From a virus: a DNA stretch of 64,000 nucleotides. Shown in pieces: positions 1 to 9,280 of the stretch (the first letter of the stretch is position 1; every line of letters begins with the position of its first letter). Both the position numbers and the translations under genes were made by a program. The stretch covers positions 32,001 through 96,000 of the IMG/VR virus record IMGVR_UViG_3300047560_002412; one strand, written 5' to 3'. Below the pieces are notes generated by a model. The model made no database searches. It saw only the letters and a program-made list of their open reading frames with translations, and had not been told where the DNA came from.

Positions 1-125
1 TAACTGGTCTACCTGTTGATTTAAGTCTATCTCAAAGTGGTTCTACTCAACAATTTTATTCTATTAACTTTAATTGCGCAACATCAGGGGGCTGTGCAAA
101 AATCAGTGTAACGCAAGGGCAATAA
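1..125 (+). CDS. 3' end of a Ser/Gln/Gly-rich beta-strand protein (possibly curlin-like), partial
   Basis: Frame from nt 3 reads TGLPVDLSLSQSGSTQQFYSINFNCATSGGCAKISVTQGQ* with TAA at 123-125. Confidence 0.5.
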   Translation, partial: TGLPVDLSLSQSGSTQQFYSINFNCATSGGCAKISVTQGQ

Positions 126-132
126 ATAATAG

Positions 133-336
133 ATGCGTAAATTAACGTTGTTAATTTCATTTATTATTTCAGGATGTGCCACAAGCCCAACCCCTGTCTA
201 TTCACCGCCGCCTAATTGTATTAATGTTCCTGGAGAAGGATGTAAACAATTTAATGCTGGAAATAAAGGCGGAACAACATTAGGACACCACAATGATGAA
301 GATCTCCCTGCCAAAGCTGCCGCAGTTCCACGCTAA
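133..336 (+). CDS. small lipoprotein
   Basis: Basic N-terminus, hydrophobic stretch and lipobox ISGC; TAAATA motif just upstream. Confidence 0.55.
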   Translation: MRKLTLLISFIISGCATSPTPVYSPPPNCINVPGEGCKQFNAGNKGGTTLGHHNDEDLPAKAAAVPR

Positions 337-2371
337 AAAAATCTTAGTAAGTCCGTGGACAGCTTTACTGACATTGGCACTTATTTTAAGTATAAGAATA
401 GCTGATCCTGTCTTTATAGAAAGCGTAAGATTACGTTATTTTGATACTTTAATTACTAATCAATCTCCTACAAAAAATAATATCATCACCGTTAACATAG
501 ATGAAAATGCTCTAGACAAATATGGTCAATGGCCGTTTAAACGAGATGTTTATGCTCAGCTAATCGACGAGTTGTACAAAAGAAATGCAGGACTGGTGAT
601 ATTCAACGTATTAATGACTGAAAAAGATCGTCAAGGCGGTGATGCAAAATTAGCATCTATCCTTGAAAAATTTCCAGTGGTATTACCTAACATGCCAGCT
701 GATAGAATGAAAAACTCTCCTCGTCAGCCTGGTACTGCAATCATCGGCTCTGATTTTCAAGATATGATTATTCAATATCCTGGTATTATTGCAAATATTC
801 CTGAATTAGAAAGTCGTGCTGCTGGTGTTGGTATTGTTAATACACTTCCAGAGGTAGACGGAGTAAATCGACGAATGCCACTAGTAGTAAGTGTTGATGG
901 CAAAGTATATCCAAGTTTAGCAATGGAGGCGTTAAGAGTTGCCGCAGGTGATTCTACCACGCAAATTAAATTATTCGATGGTGGTGTTGAAAAAATGCGT
1001 ATTCCTAAATTTGGTCCTATTACTACAGACCAGTTAGGTCGTGTTTGGATTGATTGGAGCCAACAATCTACTGCATATTCTATGACAGAATTACCAAAAG
1101 ATTTTGGTGGCGCTGTTGTTATTGTTGGAGTTGCTGCTGCGGGTTTGGGTAATCCTGTACCAACTGCTGTTGGTAGTGTTTGGCCACACGAAGTACAGGC
1201 CGCAGTCTTAGGAACAATGTTTAATAACGTTGTTATTAAAAGACCTGACTATGCTGATGGGGTAGAGATTTTGACATTAGCATTGGCAGGAATATTATTA
1301 ATATTTTTAACAAGGTATGTATATGTCGGTCTGGCAACAACGATTATTCTTGTCGGCGGTAGTGCTGTTGGCAGTTGGATTGTGTTCAATAATTTTTTAT
1401 GGTTATTTGACGCTACTGCCCCTGGAGTTGGCCTACTTGTGGTCGCTCTGCATGCCTATGGTGTCAAGTTTGTAAGTGAGTTCTTACAGAAGCAGGCAAT
1501 TAAGAAACAATTTGCAGGCTACTGCTCTAAGGAAGTAGTAGAGATGCTACAAAAAGATCCAGACTTAATCAAGCGTGGTGTACGTAAAGACGTATCAGTT
1601 ATGTTTAGCGACTTACGTGGCTTTACTCCTATCGGTGAACACTATGGTGATGATGTTGCTGGACTTGGCAAGTACATGAACGGCTACATGGATGCTATCA
1701 GTCGTCCTATCATGGACAACAAGGGTATGGTTATTAAGTATGTAGGTGATGCAAGTATGCACATACATGGCGCACCCATTGAAGATCCTAACCATGCTCG
1801 CACTATTGTTGCTGTTGGCCTACAGATGTTAGACGCAGTAGATGCTTACACAAAAGAAATGGAAGCACAAGGCTTACCGCCAGCCGCAATGGGTTGGGGT
1901 TGTAACACGGGCATTGGCTTTATTGGTGAGATGGGGTCAACTGATAGACACAGCTATGACATTTTAGGCGACATGGTTAGTACCGCAGCACGTCTAGAAG
2001 CACGTTGTAAAGCCTATGGCGTGTTATGTATTATCGGTGCTGAAACATACAACAGAACTAAAGACGATTTCTTCTACTTGTGTATTGACAACCTACAACC
2101 TAAGGGCAAGTCAGTAGCAGACCTAATCTATACAGCACTACGTCCAAACGGTGCCGATTGGACGAAAGACTTAGTGCGCTATAACAATATGCAAGAGTTA
2201 TACAAACAGAAGAAGTTTGATGCCGCCGCAATTATTTGTGGTGAATTAAAAGGCACATTTGGCGGACAAATGGACAAGTATTACAAGATTTGGATTGAAC
2301 GTTGTGAGTTTATGAAACAACAAGACCTACCAGACAACTGGAATGGTGAGTTTATTGCCCACGAAAAATAA
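293..2371 (+). CDS. CHASE2-domain transmembrane class III adenylate/guanylate cyclase
   Basis: N-terminal TM, CHASE2 motifs (IDE..L...GQWP.KR, D.DG..RR), 3 TM helices, cyclase motifs FSDLRGFT, KYVGDA, YDILGDMVSTAARLE. Confidence 0.93.
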   Translation: MMKISLPKLPQFHAKKILVSPWTALLTLALILSIRIADPVFIESVRLRYFDTLITNQSPTKNNIITVNIDENALDKYGQWPFKRDVYAQLIDELYKRNAGLVIFNVLMTEKDRQGGDAKLASILEKFPVVLPNMPADRMKNSPRQPGTAIIGSDFQDMIIQYPGIIANIPELESRAAGVGIVNTLPEVDGVNRRMPLVVSVDGKVYPSLAMEALRVAAGDSTTQIKLFDGGVEKMRIPKFGPITTDQLGRVWIDWSQQSTAYSMTELPKDFGGAVVIVGVAAAGLGNPVPTAVGSVWPHEVQAAVLGTMFNNVVIKRPDYADGVEILTLALAGILLIFLTRYVYVGLATTIILVGGSAVGSWIVFNNFLWLFDATAPGVGLLVVALHAYGVKFVSEFLQKQAIKKQFAGYCSKEVVEMLQKDPDLIKRGVRKDVSVMFSDLRGFTPIGEHYGDDVAGLGKYMNGYMDAISRPIMDNKGMVIKYVGDASMHIHGAPIEDPNHARTIVAVGLQMLDAVDAYTKEMEAQGLPPAAMGWGCNTGIGFIGEMGSTDRHSYDILGDMVSTAARLEARCKAYGVLCIIGAETYNRTKDDFFYLCIDNLQPKGKSVADLIYTALRPNGADWTKDLVRYNNMQELYKQKKFDAAAIICGELKGTFGGQMDKYYKIWIERCEFMKQQDLPDNWNGEFIAHEK

Positions 2372-2529
2372 TGAACCCGTTTTATATACAAGAACAAATT
2401 ATGTGTTGGTGGTTTGACCAGATAGTGTTAGTTGGTGTTAAACTATACTATTGGCCTGCGTTTATGGCAGGCTCCGCCGATACAATATCAGACTTATTTA
2501 AACCTCAAACCTACAGCCTTTGCAGATAA
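2371..2529 (+). CDS. hypothetical 52-aa protein
   Basis: ATG overlaps the cyclase stop (TAATG); MNPFYIQEQIMCWW... Confidence 0.4.
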   Translation: MNPFYIQEQIMCWWFDQIVLVGVKLYYWPAFMAGSADTISDLFKPQTYSLCR

Positions 2530-2637
2530 TTAAGAAGCAGGTGTATCTAGCGGAGTTGCTGGCTGTGGTGCTGGTTGTGTTGGTAGCTTTGGATCTGCTG
2601 ATTTAGTTGGGGCTACTGGAATTGTTGTTCTACTCAT
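2530..2637 (-). CDS. 35-aa Pro/Thr-rich peptide
   Basis: MSRTTIPVAPTKSADPKLPTQPAPQPATPLDTPAS, starts 2 nt after the upstream stop. Confidence 0.45.
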   Translation of the reverse strand: MSRTTIPVAPTKSADPKLPTQPAPQPATPLDTPAS

Positions 2638-2639
2638 TT

Positions 2640-2993
2640 TTAACTTTCTCCTGCTGCGGCTGTTTTCTTTTCGTCATTGTCTAATTTAGTAGCTTGATCA
2701 AACTTTTGATTAGCTTCTTTTTCGACTTTCATCTGTTCCATAACACGATCTGACTCAATGATCTTGCCTCGCAAATGTAATACGGTATTTACCTTTTGAT
2801 TTAACCTAATTAAATCGTTGTCTAACATACGAATACGATCGATAAGGGCGATAAGAACGGTGTTAGCTTCACTAATAACCGGTTTAACTTCTTTAGTTGA
2901 CCATTCCCATACATACTTAATAATATAGCCCATGCCAACTGCCATAACAATTGGGAAACCATACTTATTGACTAATTCACCTAATTCACCCAT
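2640..2993 (-). CDS. small single-TM coiled-coil protein (GFPI motif, YvrJ/holin-like)
   Basis: YGFPIVMA TM then coiled coil; AGGAG RBS; paralogue of 3415-3708. Confidence 0.7.
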   Translation of the reverse strand: MGELGELVNKYGFPIVMAVGMGYIIKYVWEWSTKEVKPVISEANTVLIALIDRIRMLDNDLIRLNQKVNTVLHLRGKIIESDRVMEQMKVEKEANQKFDQATKLDNDEKKTAAAGES

Positions 2994-3002
2994 AATATCT
3001 CC

Positions 3003-3197
3003 TTAATCCCAATGACCCTTAGGCCTATTAACTTTAGTTGGGGTTTTGATTTCCCAATTATTAATTTTTGGTTTTTTATTTTTTGTTTTATAATAATCTT
3101 CTAGTTCTTTCAGGGTCCATAGAGCATAGACACTAACTCCTAATGATATAGTGGAAAACGCATATATTAAAAGAAGAAAGTCAAGTTCAATATACAC
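3003..3197 (-). CDS. small membrane protein
   Basis: One TM helix, basic tail, coupled to neighbours. Confidence 0.55.
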   Translation of the reverse strand: MYIELDFLLLIYAFSTISLGVSVYALWTLKELEDYYKTKNKKPKINNWEIKTPTKVNRPKGHWD

Positions 3198-3415
3198 TAT
3201 TTGGTATCCCCAAAATTAACACGATATCCTTTTACAAAAGCAACCATAGGTTCTACTTTTACCAACATAGCTTTTCCGTTTCTATTGGTAATCATAAAAT
3301 GATCTCCGTGTTTCCAACCTAGCTTATCTATATTCAATTCTTCGTCGAATATAATACCATTAGGACTTAAATCCCAATTATAATCTAGATAGAACATTTT
3401 AAAATTCCTTTTCAT
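3197..3415 (-). CDS. hypothetical protein (AbrB-like LGW..GD motif)
   Basis: IDKLGWKHGDHF; coupled stop/start. Confidence 0.6.
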   Translation of the reverse strand: MKRNFKMFYLDYNWDLSPNGIIFDEELNIDKLGWKHGDHFMITNRNGKAMLVKVEPMVAFVKGYRVNFGDTK

Positions 3416-3708
3416 TAATCTCGTCTAGCATCGTTCTTGCCATCTGCTCTAGCAATGCGATCTACGTCAGGACGTAGTCCTAGTGCGTTTGATACAATGG
3501 TATCAATACGTACAACATCGTGGTTCATAGTTTTAACTCGATTATCAAGAGCAACAATGATACCTGCCATTCCTTTTATGCTACCCAAAACGCCCTGTAG
3601 CAAAAGTTTAATGGTTAAGTATACAAAATACCCGCCTGCAAATGCCACAGCAATAGGGAAGCCCAAATCGCCTATAATTTTGAAAATTTCATTCATTGAT
3701 CGCTCCAA
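3415..3708 (-). CDS. small single-TM coiled-coil protein (GFPI motif)
   Basis: LGFPIAVA TM; ALDNRVKTMNHDVVRID aligns with ALIDRIRMLDNDLIRLN of 2640-2993. Confidence 0.7.
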   Translation of the reverse strand: MERSMNEIFKIIGDLGFPIAVAFAGGYFVYLTIKLLLQGVLGSIKGMAGIIVALDNRVKTMNHDVVRIDTIVSNALGLRPDVDRIARADGKNDARRD

Positions 3709-3743
3709 TGTTTAGTGTTATTGTTATATGTGTATTTAACCCG

Positions 3744-3772
3744 TTGACATAACTTTTAAGTGATGCTATAAT
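3744..3772 (+). promoter_or_regulatory. sigma70-type early promoter
   Basis: TTGACA-17-TATAAT. Confidence 0.85.
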
Positions 3773-3801
3773 ATGCACATATTTCTAATAAAGTGATTAA
3801 A

Positions 3802-4608
3802 ATGCGTATCCAAATTGTATCCGATTTGCACCTAGAGTTTTCAGATATTAATGTTCAAAATACCAACGATGCTGATGTGTTGATTTTGGGCGGAGATATC
3901 ATGGTGGCTTCGAAAGTTCATAAGCCCGAGAGCGAATACGGAGTTCGTTTTCGCAATTTCCTGAAGCGTGTTAGCTTCCAATTTCCTCACGTTGTTTACG
4001 TTATGGGTAATCACGAATTTTACAGCGATGGACGCTTCTTTGATTCTATTGATGACATGAGAGCTGCCTGTGGGGTACACGATAACGTGTATCTGCTAGA
4101 ACGAGATACTAAAATTATCAATGATGTTTTATTTGTTGGTGGAACTTTGTGGACTGACATGAACAAATTTGATCCGTTGACTCTTCATGCTGTTACTGAC
4201 ATGATGATGGACTATAGGGCCATTAACAATGACAAAGCTGGTTTCCGCAGACTTAAACCTGCAGATACCGTTGAACGTCATCGTGCTACTCGAGATTATA
4301 TTGTTCAAGTTGTTCAAGAAAATAAAGATAAGAAAATTGTTGTAGTGGGTCACCACTCTCCATCTTTTCAAAGTTGTCATGAACAATACAAACATGACTA
4401 TTTAATGAATGGTGCTTATCATAGTAGTCTAGAAAATATTATGTTGGATAATCCTCATATTAAATTGTGGACACATGGACATACACACCATCCATTTGAC
4501 TACGTCATTGGTGAAACTCGTGTTGTATGTAATCCTCGTGGTTACGAACAACCTTATGGTTATAGTGAATTTACTGGATGGGATCCAGAGAAAGTTGTTG
4601 AAATATAA
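3802..4608 (+). CDS. calcineurin-like metallophosphoesterase
   Basis: SDLH, GGD, GNHE, HH, HGHTH, NPRGY motifs. Confidence 0.92.
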   Translation: MRIQIVSDLHLEFSDINVQNTNDADVLILGGDIMVASKVHKPESEYGVRFRNFLKRVSFQFPHVVYVMGNHEFYSDGRFFDSIDDMRAACGVHDNVYLLERDTKIINDVLFVGGTLWTDMNKFDPLTLHAVTDMMMDYRAINNDKAGFRRLKPADTVERHRATRDYIVQVVQENKDKKIVVVGHHSPSFQSCHEQYKHDYLMNGAYHSSLENIMLDNPHIKLWTHGHTHHPFDYVIGETRVVCNPRGYEQPYGYSEFTGWDPEKVVEI

Positions 4609-4932
4609 ATGGATAAGCAAAAGTTTTTAGAAGATTTAAAAACAGGTGTTCGCCATGTTGTGATCAATACCTGCTACGGTGGCTTTGGTCTAAGTATTCG
4701 CGCTCGTAGTGAATACTGCAAGTTAGCAGGTATCCAAGAAAATGATTTTTATGATCGCAATGTTGCTCGTGATGATCCTTACTTAGTTAAGATTGTTAAA
4801 GAGTTAGGATCAGAAGCAAATGGATCTCATGCCAATCTCAAGATTGTTGAAATTCCCGGAGATGTTTCTTGGCACATCGGAGAATATGATGGCAACGAAT
4901 GGGTTGCCGAAGATCACCGGTCCTGGTCATGA
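4609..4932 (+). CDS. conserved phage protein
   Basis: VVIN.CYGGFGLS...R.DP.LV..V.ELG..A.G motif common in large phages. Confidence 0.75.
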   Translation: MDKQKFLEDLKTGVRHVVINTCYGGFGLSIRARSEYCKLAGIQENDFYDRNVARDDPYLVKIVKELGSEANGSHANLKIVEIPGDVSWHIGEYDGNEWVAEDHRSWS

Positions 4933-5201
4933 AAACAAAAATACATCATTGGCAATTTCACGATGGGGTTACTCCCATTAATCCTGGTAGCCCATTTGGA
5001 GAAATGGTTCCTCCACGTGGCTGGACCTGTTGGGTATATCCAGAAAATGATTATGAGTTTGAAGACTGGATGTCTAAGAACTGCCCTACTACAGATTGCA
5101 CTCATCGTTTTAACTCCGGTGATCCTATGTACACCGTTAATATTAGCGACGACAAAGAAGCAACTCTTTTTCATTTAAAGTATGGTGATGGGACTTGGTA
5201 A
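4929..5201 (+). CDS. small paralogous phage protein (F.LRW-type family)
   Basis: C-terminal ISDDKEATLFHLKYG. Confidence 0.7.
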   Translation: MKTKIHHWQFHDGVTPINPGSPFGEMVPPRGWTCWVYPENDYEFEDWMSKNCPTTDCTHRFNSGDPMYTVNISDDKEATLFHLKYGDGTW

Positions 5202-5451
5202 AGGTTTAAAGGTAGCAAGTGTGAACGAGATCTTAGCAACAAGAGCTCGTGCTACCTTTTCTTATCGTATAAACTTTGATAATATTAAAATAGGCAATGT
5301 TAAGCCTATGAATGAATGGTGTGAATCTAATTGTCGAGGACTATGGAGATCTGAGACATACCACGCCCTTTATTGGCAGTTTGAAGACGAACAAGATGCT
5401 ACAATGTTTATGCTTCGGTGGGCACAGGCGGAAGGAAACAAGATAAAATGA
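5182..5451 (+). CDS. small paralogous phage protein (F.LRW-type family)
   Basis: EWCESN...WQFEDEQDATMFMLRWA. Confidence 0.75.
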   Translation: MVMGLGKGLKVASVNEILATRARATFSYRINFDNIKIGNVKPMNEWCESNCRGLWRSETYHALYWQFEDEQDATMFMLRWAQAEGNKIK

Positions 5452-5648
5452 GAGTGCTAAACAAAAGTATTTGGCCTTTTCAAACTCGAGTAAAAGGCGA
5501 CCGCGATGACATTTATATTTGGTGTCAGCAAAAGTTGTATCACGGCGGCCATTATGAACCTAATTGGTACTACAATTCTGAAACCAATACTTGGTGCTTC
5601 AAAGACGGCAAAGAATTTACTATGTTTTGTTTAAAGTGGGCATCGTGA
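5448..5648 (+). CDS. small paralogous phage protein (F.LRW-type family)
   Basis: IWCQQK...WCFKDGKEFTMFCLKWA. Confidence 0.75.
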   Translation: MRVLNKSIWPFQTRVKGDRDDIYIWCQQKLYHGGHYEPNWYYNSETNTWCFKDGKEFTMFCLKWAS

Positions 5649-6040
5649 ACTTACAACCTTGGCAATCGGAATTATTAAAGAAAATGGCACAATATAAAGG
5701 ACGCGGTCTAATACAGATCACAGGACGGAATACAGGCAAGAGTGCCATTTCTGCCGCTGCTCTTCAGCGAATGATGAATGATATTCATAGTCGTCCTATA
5801 GAAGATATCATGCTGTCAGAAGGCAAAGTCTACGGTGCTCGTTATTATACAGCAGAGCCCATTGGAGGTAATTGGATAGAGATGGAAGCGTGGTGTTATC
5901 AAACATTTGGTGACGACACAAGTCCTATCTGGGGAGAAGATCGGGCCCCAGAACCTGCACAGCGTTGGTATAAAAACAATCGTAAGTTTTGGTTTAGAAG
6001 TGAGGCAGACAGAACTATGTTTGTATTAAAATGGCGGTAA
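5645..6040 (+). CDS. small paralogous phage protein (F.LRW-type family) with N-terminal extension
   Basis: AWCYQTFG...FWFRSEADRTMFVLKWR. Confidence 0.75.
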   Translation: MNLQPWQSELLKKMAQYKGRGLIQITGRNTGKSAISAAALQRMMNDIHSRPIEDIMLSEGKVYGARYYTAEPIGGNWIEMEAWCYQTFGDDTSPIWGEDRAPEPAQRWYKNNRKFWFRSEADRTMFVLKWR

Positions 6041-6420
6041 GAACTCTTAGACGTAAAGTCATTATACGCGAGTACGATTTCGAAAGAGTAAAGAGAGAAG
6101 CATTCGCTCCTACAGGTATACATACTCTTTACGATCGTGTCAGTTTCATGCCGCTAAATCAAGAAGCTATTGAAAAATTAAAAGTTGTAGACATTCTTAA
6201 GGGAAAAAATCATACTCCTATTCTAGAAACAAAATGGAATACAAAGATACCTGGGTTATTGTTACGAGATTTAAAAGATTATCTATACGATGAACGATAT
6301 GCTATGTGGAGAGTAACTATAGATCTTGATGGTTACTTATGTGTGCAGGCAAGAAAAAATACACCCCTAAGTAGAATAGGTTGGGGTGTGTTTGAAAAAG
6401 ACTTAATAAGTAGACTATGA
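6031..6420 (+). CDS. hypothetical protein
   Basis: 129-aa ORF in tightly packed operon. Confidence 0.6.
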   Translation: MAVRTLRRKVIIREYDFERVKREAFAPTGIHTLYDRVSFMPLNQEAIEKLKVVDILKGKNHTPILETKWNTKIPGLLLRDLKDYLYDERYAMWRVTIDLDGYLCVQARKNTPLSRIGWGVFEKDLISRL

Positions 6421-6674
6421 AGTTAGAAGACCAAATTATCGAAGAACTTGGGACACAGATGCAGAGTGAAATAGACTTTCACATCTTATCAGACATGTTA
6501 GTAGAATTAGGCTGGACTAGAGTGATTATATCTAGGTTTCAAGACAATCATCATGCGATAGATATAAGGATTTGGTGTGAAGAGCATATCAAGAATCCTT
6601 ACGAAAATCGTGGAACTAATTTTGTATTTGAAGACCAAGGCGATGCAGTTAACTTTACATTAAGGTGGATATAA
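6417..6674 (+). CDS. small paralogous phage protein (F.LRW-type family)
   Basis: IWCEEH...FVFEDQGDAVNFTLRWI. Confidence 0.75.
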   Translation: MKLEDQIIEELGTQMQSEIDFHILSDMLVELGWTRVIISRFQDNHHAIDIRIWCEEHIKNPYENRGTNFVFEDQGDAVNFTLRWI

Positions 6675-6961
6675 TGGAATACTTTTGGAGTGATGGTGGA
6701 AATAATCGCCCAGACTTTACCTATCGTTATACTATGAAAGAAGTAACCAGCGAAATGTATCGATGGTGTCAAAATTATCCTGCAAACGGTCCATTTGATC
6801 GATTCCATGTTATCCGTAACTATGGACAGCCTACAGATGCTGACAAGAAAGAAATTCCACTCATTCAATTTGAAAATAAAAAAGCTGCCTTTATGTTTAG
6901 TATTGCATTTAGCGAATATGTTTTAGAAGATAAAACTTATAGGTTTGCTCGTGAACCATGA
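6674..6961 (+). CDS. small paralogous phage protein (F.LRW-type family, divergent)
   Basis: RWCQNY...IQFENKKAAFMFSIAF. Confidence 0.7.
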   Translation: MEYFWSDGGNNRPDFTYRYTMKEVTSEMYRWCQNYPANGPFDRFHVIRNYGQPTDADKKEIPLIQFENKKAAFMFSIAFSEYVLEDKTYRFAREP

Positions 6962-7173
6962 TGATAACACAACGTATATTCAACGGACCAGACTGCTATC
7001 CTTGGATGCAGGTATTTGCGTTTTTGCCTGTTAAAACTATCAGTGGCAAATATGTGTGGCTTCGTAAAATTTACAAACAGCGTTGCTGGGTAGTGTGGGG
7101 CACAGGATTTCATATGGAGCCTCACGTAGAATACGCTGAACTTTTTGATATATTAAATTATGGGCAAAGTTAA
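6958..7173 (+). CDS. hypothetical phage protein
   Basis: W..FAFLPVKT..G..VWL motif; overlapping start/stop. Confidence 0.65.
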   Translation: MMITQRIFNGPDCYPWMQVFAFLPVKTISGKYVWLRKIYKQRCWVVWGTGFHMEPHVEYAELFDILNYGQS

Positions 7174-7561
7174 AAATTCTATAATATGGCCAGATGCGCC
7201 AGACCGATCATCAGCAGCAAACCAAGCATTAGCTGACGCATACTTTAAATATCATTCTCCCTACACTCACCGGCCGCCTAAACATAAGTACAACGTAATA
7301 GGAGATCGCGTGGAAGAATGTAAAGAAATTATTGTTCATCAATTCATGATGGGTGATGTAGAAGATCCCGACTTATATGCTGCCGAACCATTAATTAAAT
7401 GGCAAGAAAGTGAATCAGGAAAATGGATAATGAAAAATGCCGCAGACACCCCGACATGGTACAGAATGGCAGATCCAACAACCTACGGATACAAATATCA
7501 AATCCGAGCAAAACTAATGGGCCCTGCCCTAACAGAATGGTTTTTAAGGTACGGGAAATAA
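7160..7561 (+). CDS. hypothetical phage protein (divergent F.LRW-type)
   Basis: GDVEDPDLYAAEPL..WQ.SE.G.W; ends TEWFLRYG. Confidence 0.7.
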   Translation: MGKVKNSIIWPDAPDRSSAANQALADAYFKYHSPYTHRPPKHKYNVIGDRVEECKEIIVHQFMMGDVEDPDLYAAEPLIKWQESESGKWIMKNAADTPTWYRMADPTTYGYKYQIRAKLMGPALTEWFLRYGK

Positions 7562-7818
7562 TGGGCGCACCTGTAGCTAAAATAATGCCCAAACCAAAAG
7601 TGGTGGATAGCCACTTAACTCGAGATGAAAAATTAATGGGGTTGCTATCAACCTACTTTCCTGTTATAATTAAAAATGAAAATGATTATTCAGAAAAGTT
7701 AACTTGGTGTCTTGAACATTGCCAAAGTAAGTTTCGTGATATTAAAATGAGCGATGGACGAGTTTGGTATTTTCAAAACGATAAAGACGCTTCAATGTTT
7801 GCATTAAAATGGGCTTAA
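7561..7818 (+). CDS. small paralogous phage protein (F.LRW-type family)
   Basis: TWCLEH...WYFQNDKDASMFALKWA. Confidence 0.75.
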   Translation: MGAPVAKIMPKPKVVDSHLTRDEKLMGLLSTYFPVIIKNENDYSEKLTWCLEHCQSKFRDIKMSDGRVWYFQNDKDASMFALKWA

Positions 7819-8087
7819 CTCCAGTAACTGGTGGATGGGTGTACAACGTGGTTGGTACAAAACAACTATATTGGATTAATACAAAAAGACGATGCTCGTT
7901 GTCTGCGCGAGTTAAAGTAATCTCTGAAGACGGCGATAAATCTTTTACCACAGGGTTAACAGAAGAAGATATGGACCAAATACATCAATGGTGCCAATCT
8001 CATAATTGTGGTATTAGAACAAGTTTTGATACTTTCAAATTTAAAACCAAAAAAGAAATGACTATGTTTTTAATGAGGTGGGGATGA
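7809..8087 (+). CDS. small paralogous phage protein (F.LRW-type family)
   Basis: QWCQSH...FKFKTKKEMTMFLMRWG. Confidence 0.75.
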   Translation: MGLTPVTGGWVYNVVGTKQLYWINTKRRCSLSARVKVISEDGDKSFTTGLTEEDMDQIHQWCQSHNCGIRTSFDTFKFKTKKEMTMFLMRWG

Positions 8088-8299
8088 AAGTAGTTTATCT
8101 CACCGATGAAAAAATTCCGTATGAACATGCCGATTCATATTTTAAAGAAGCTGCTGATTGGGCAAGAAAACAATGCTCTAGTTTTGTAAATTATCATGTT
8201 CAGGATGTGTCAGATGTTTCTTACACCTGCGACCATGTTGCCCAATATCGATTTAACGATCCAAAAGACGCAGTATTATTCAATCTACGATGGAGTTAA
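8084..8299 (+). CDS. small paralogous phage protein (F.LRW-type family)
   Basis: DWARKQC...YRFNDPKDAVLFNLRWS. Confidence 0.75.
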   Translation: MKVVYLTDEKIPYEHADSYFKEAADWARKQCSSFVNYHVQDVSDVSYTCDHVAQYRFNDPKDAVLFNLRWS

Positions 8300-8300
8300 C

Positions 8301-8329
8301 TTGACTTTCTATCCTATCGATGTTATAAT
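8301..8329 (+). promoter_or_regulatory. sigma70-type early promoter
   Basis: TTGACT-17-TATAAT. Confidence 0.8.
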
Positions 8330-8361
8330 TAGATATCGTAAGAGATTATAGAAAGATTCAA

Positions 8362-8817
8362 ATGGCACGTAGTAGAGCAAAACTTACCGACAAGCAAGAA
8401 CGTATTCTAGTTCAAGCCCAGTTAATGGGTTTGACTCCTCGCGATATGCAACAGATTTCAAACCGATTGATTGCACTTCAAAAGGAAGCCGAGGAAATCA
8501 AAAAAATTGGCGAGACTATTCACGGTTATAGTTGGACCAAGACTGATAAAGGTACTTGGAATATTACTACTCCAGATGGATATCTTTGTGAGTTTTCAAA
8601 AGGCCTAAGAAGCAAACGTGATTATTGGAGACGTAGCTTAGAATACAATGTTAAAGTTACCAAACCCGGTACTGCCTTTAAAACTAGATACCTTAACAAA
8701 AAAAGTGTCAGTATACGTGACGATTGGACAGCTAGAATCTGTCCGGAAGGTAATAAAGAACTCTACGGTCTTATTTGCTGGACCCAGGGTTTAAAATGGG
8801 AAATTAAAAATCAATGA
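8362..8817 (+). CDS. hypothetical protein
   Basis: 151-aa ORF after promoter. Confidence 0.7.
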   Translation: MARSRAKLTDKQERILVQAQLMGLTPRDMQQISNRLIALQKEAEEIKKIGETIHGYSWTKTDKGTWNITTPDGYLCEFSKGLRSKRDYWRRSLEYNVKVTKPGTAFKTRYLNKKSVSIRDDWTARICPEGNKELYGLICWTQGLKWEIKNQ

Positions 8818-9071
8818 AAATTGAACAAGCAACTATTGTAGAATTTCTGCCTACTGAGATTTGGTACGAGAAGGATTTCTTTGGAACGGTACATGTCAAG
8901 ATGCAACATCAAGGCATGGACCCGTTCACTTTTATTCAAATGCATTATGACTATGCCTATACCAGCAACGGTCATCAACACGATATGGTTAAACGTATTG
9001 GGCAGTTATTAGGTGTAGAAGATATTCAACAACGCGAATGGGTTATGCCCGATGAATGGAAACAAAAATGA
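8814..9071 (+). CDS. hypothetical protein
   Basis: ATGA overlap. Confidence 0.65.
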   Translation: MKIEQATIVEFLPTEIWYEKDFFGTVHVKMQHQGMDPFTFIQMHYDYAYTSNGHQHDMVKRIGQLLGVEDIQQREWVMPDEWKQK

Positions 9072-9280
9072 ATGAACTCATTAGAAAGTTTGAAAGAGAA
9101 TCTCATATCGATGTGTATGGTCTTGGTAAAGATCGTATAAAATGGGAAGAAACTTTAGAAAAATTTGCCAAAATGATTATTTGCGAATGTGCAGATTTAT
9201 TTCCTATGACATTCACCGACGAGCAATATCAACGCAGAATTGATAAAACGATTAGAAAACACTTTGGAGTTGATCAATGA
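9068..9280 (+). CDS. conserved small phage protein
   Basis: MNE.I...EKFA..II.EC...I.KHFGV motif. Confidence 0.7.
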   Translation: MNELIRKFERESHIDVYGLGKDRIKWEETLEKFAKMIICECADLFPMTFTDEQYQRRIDKTIRKHFGVDQ

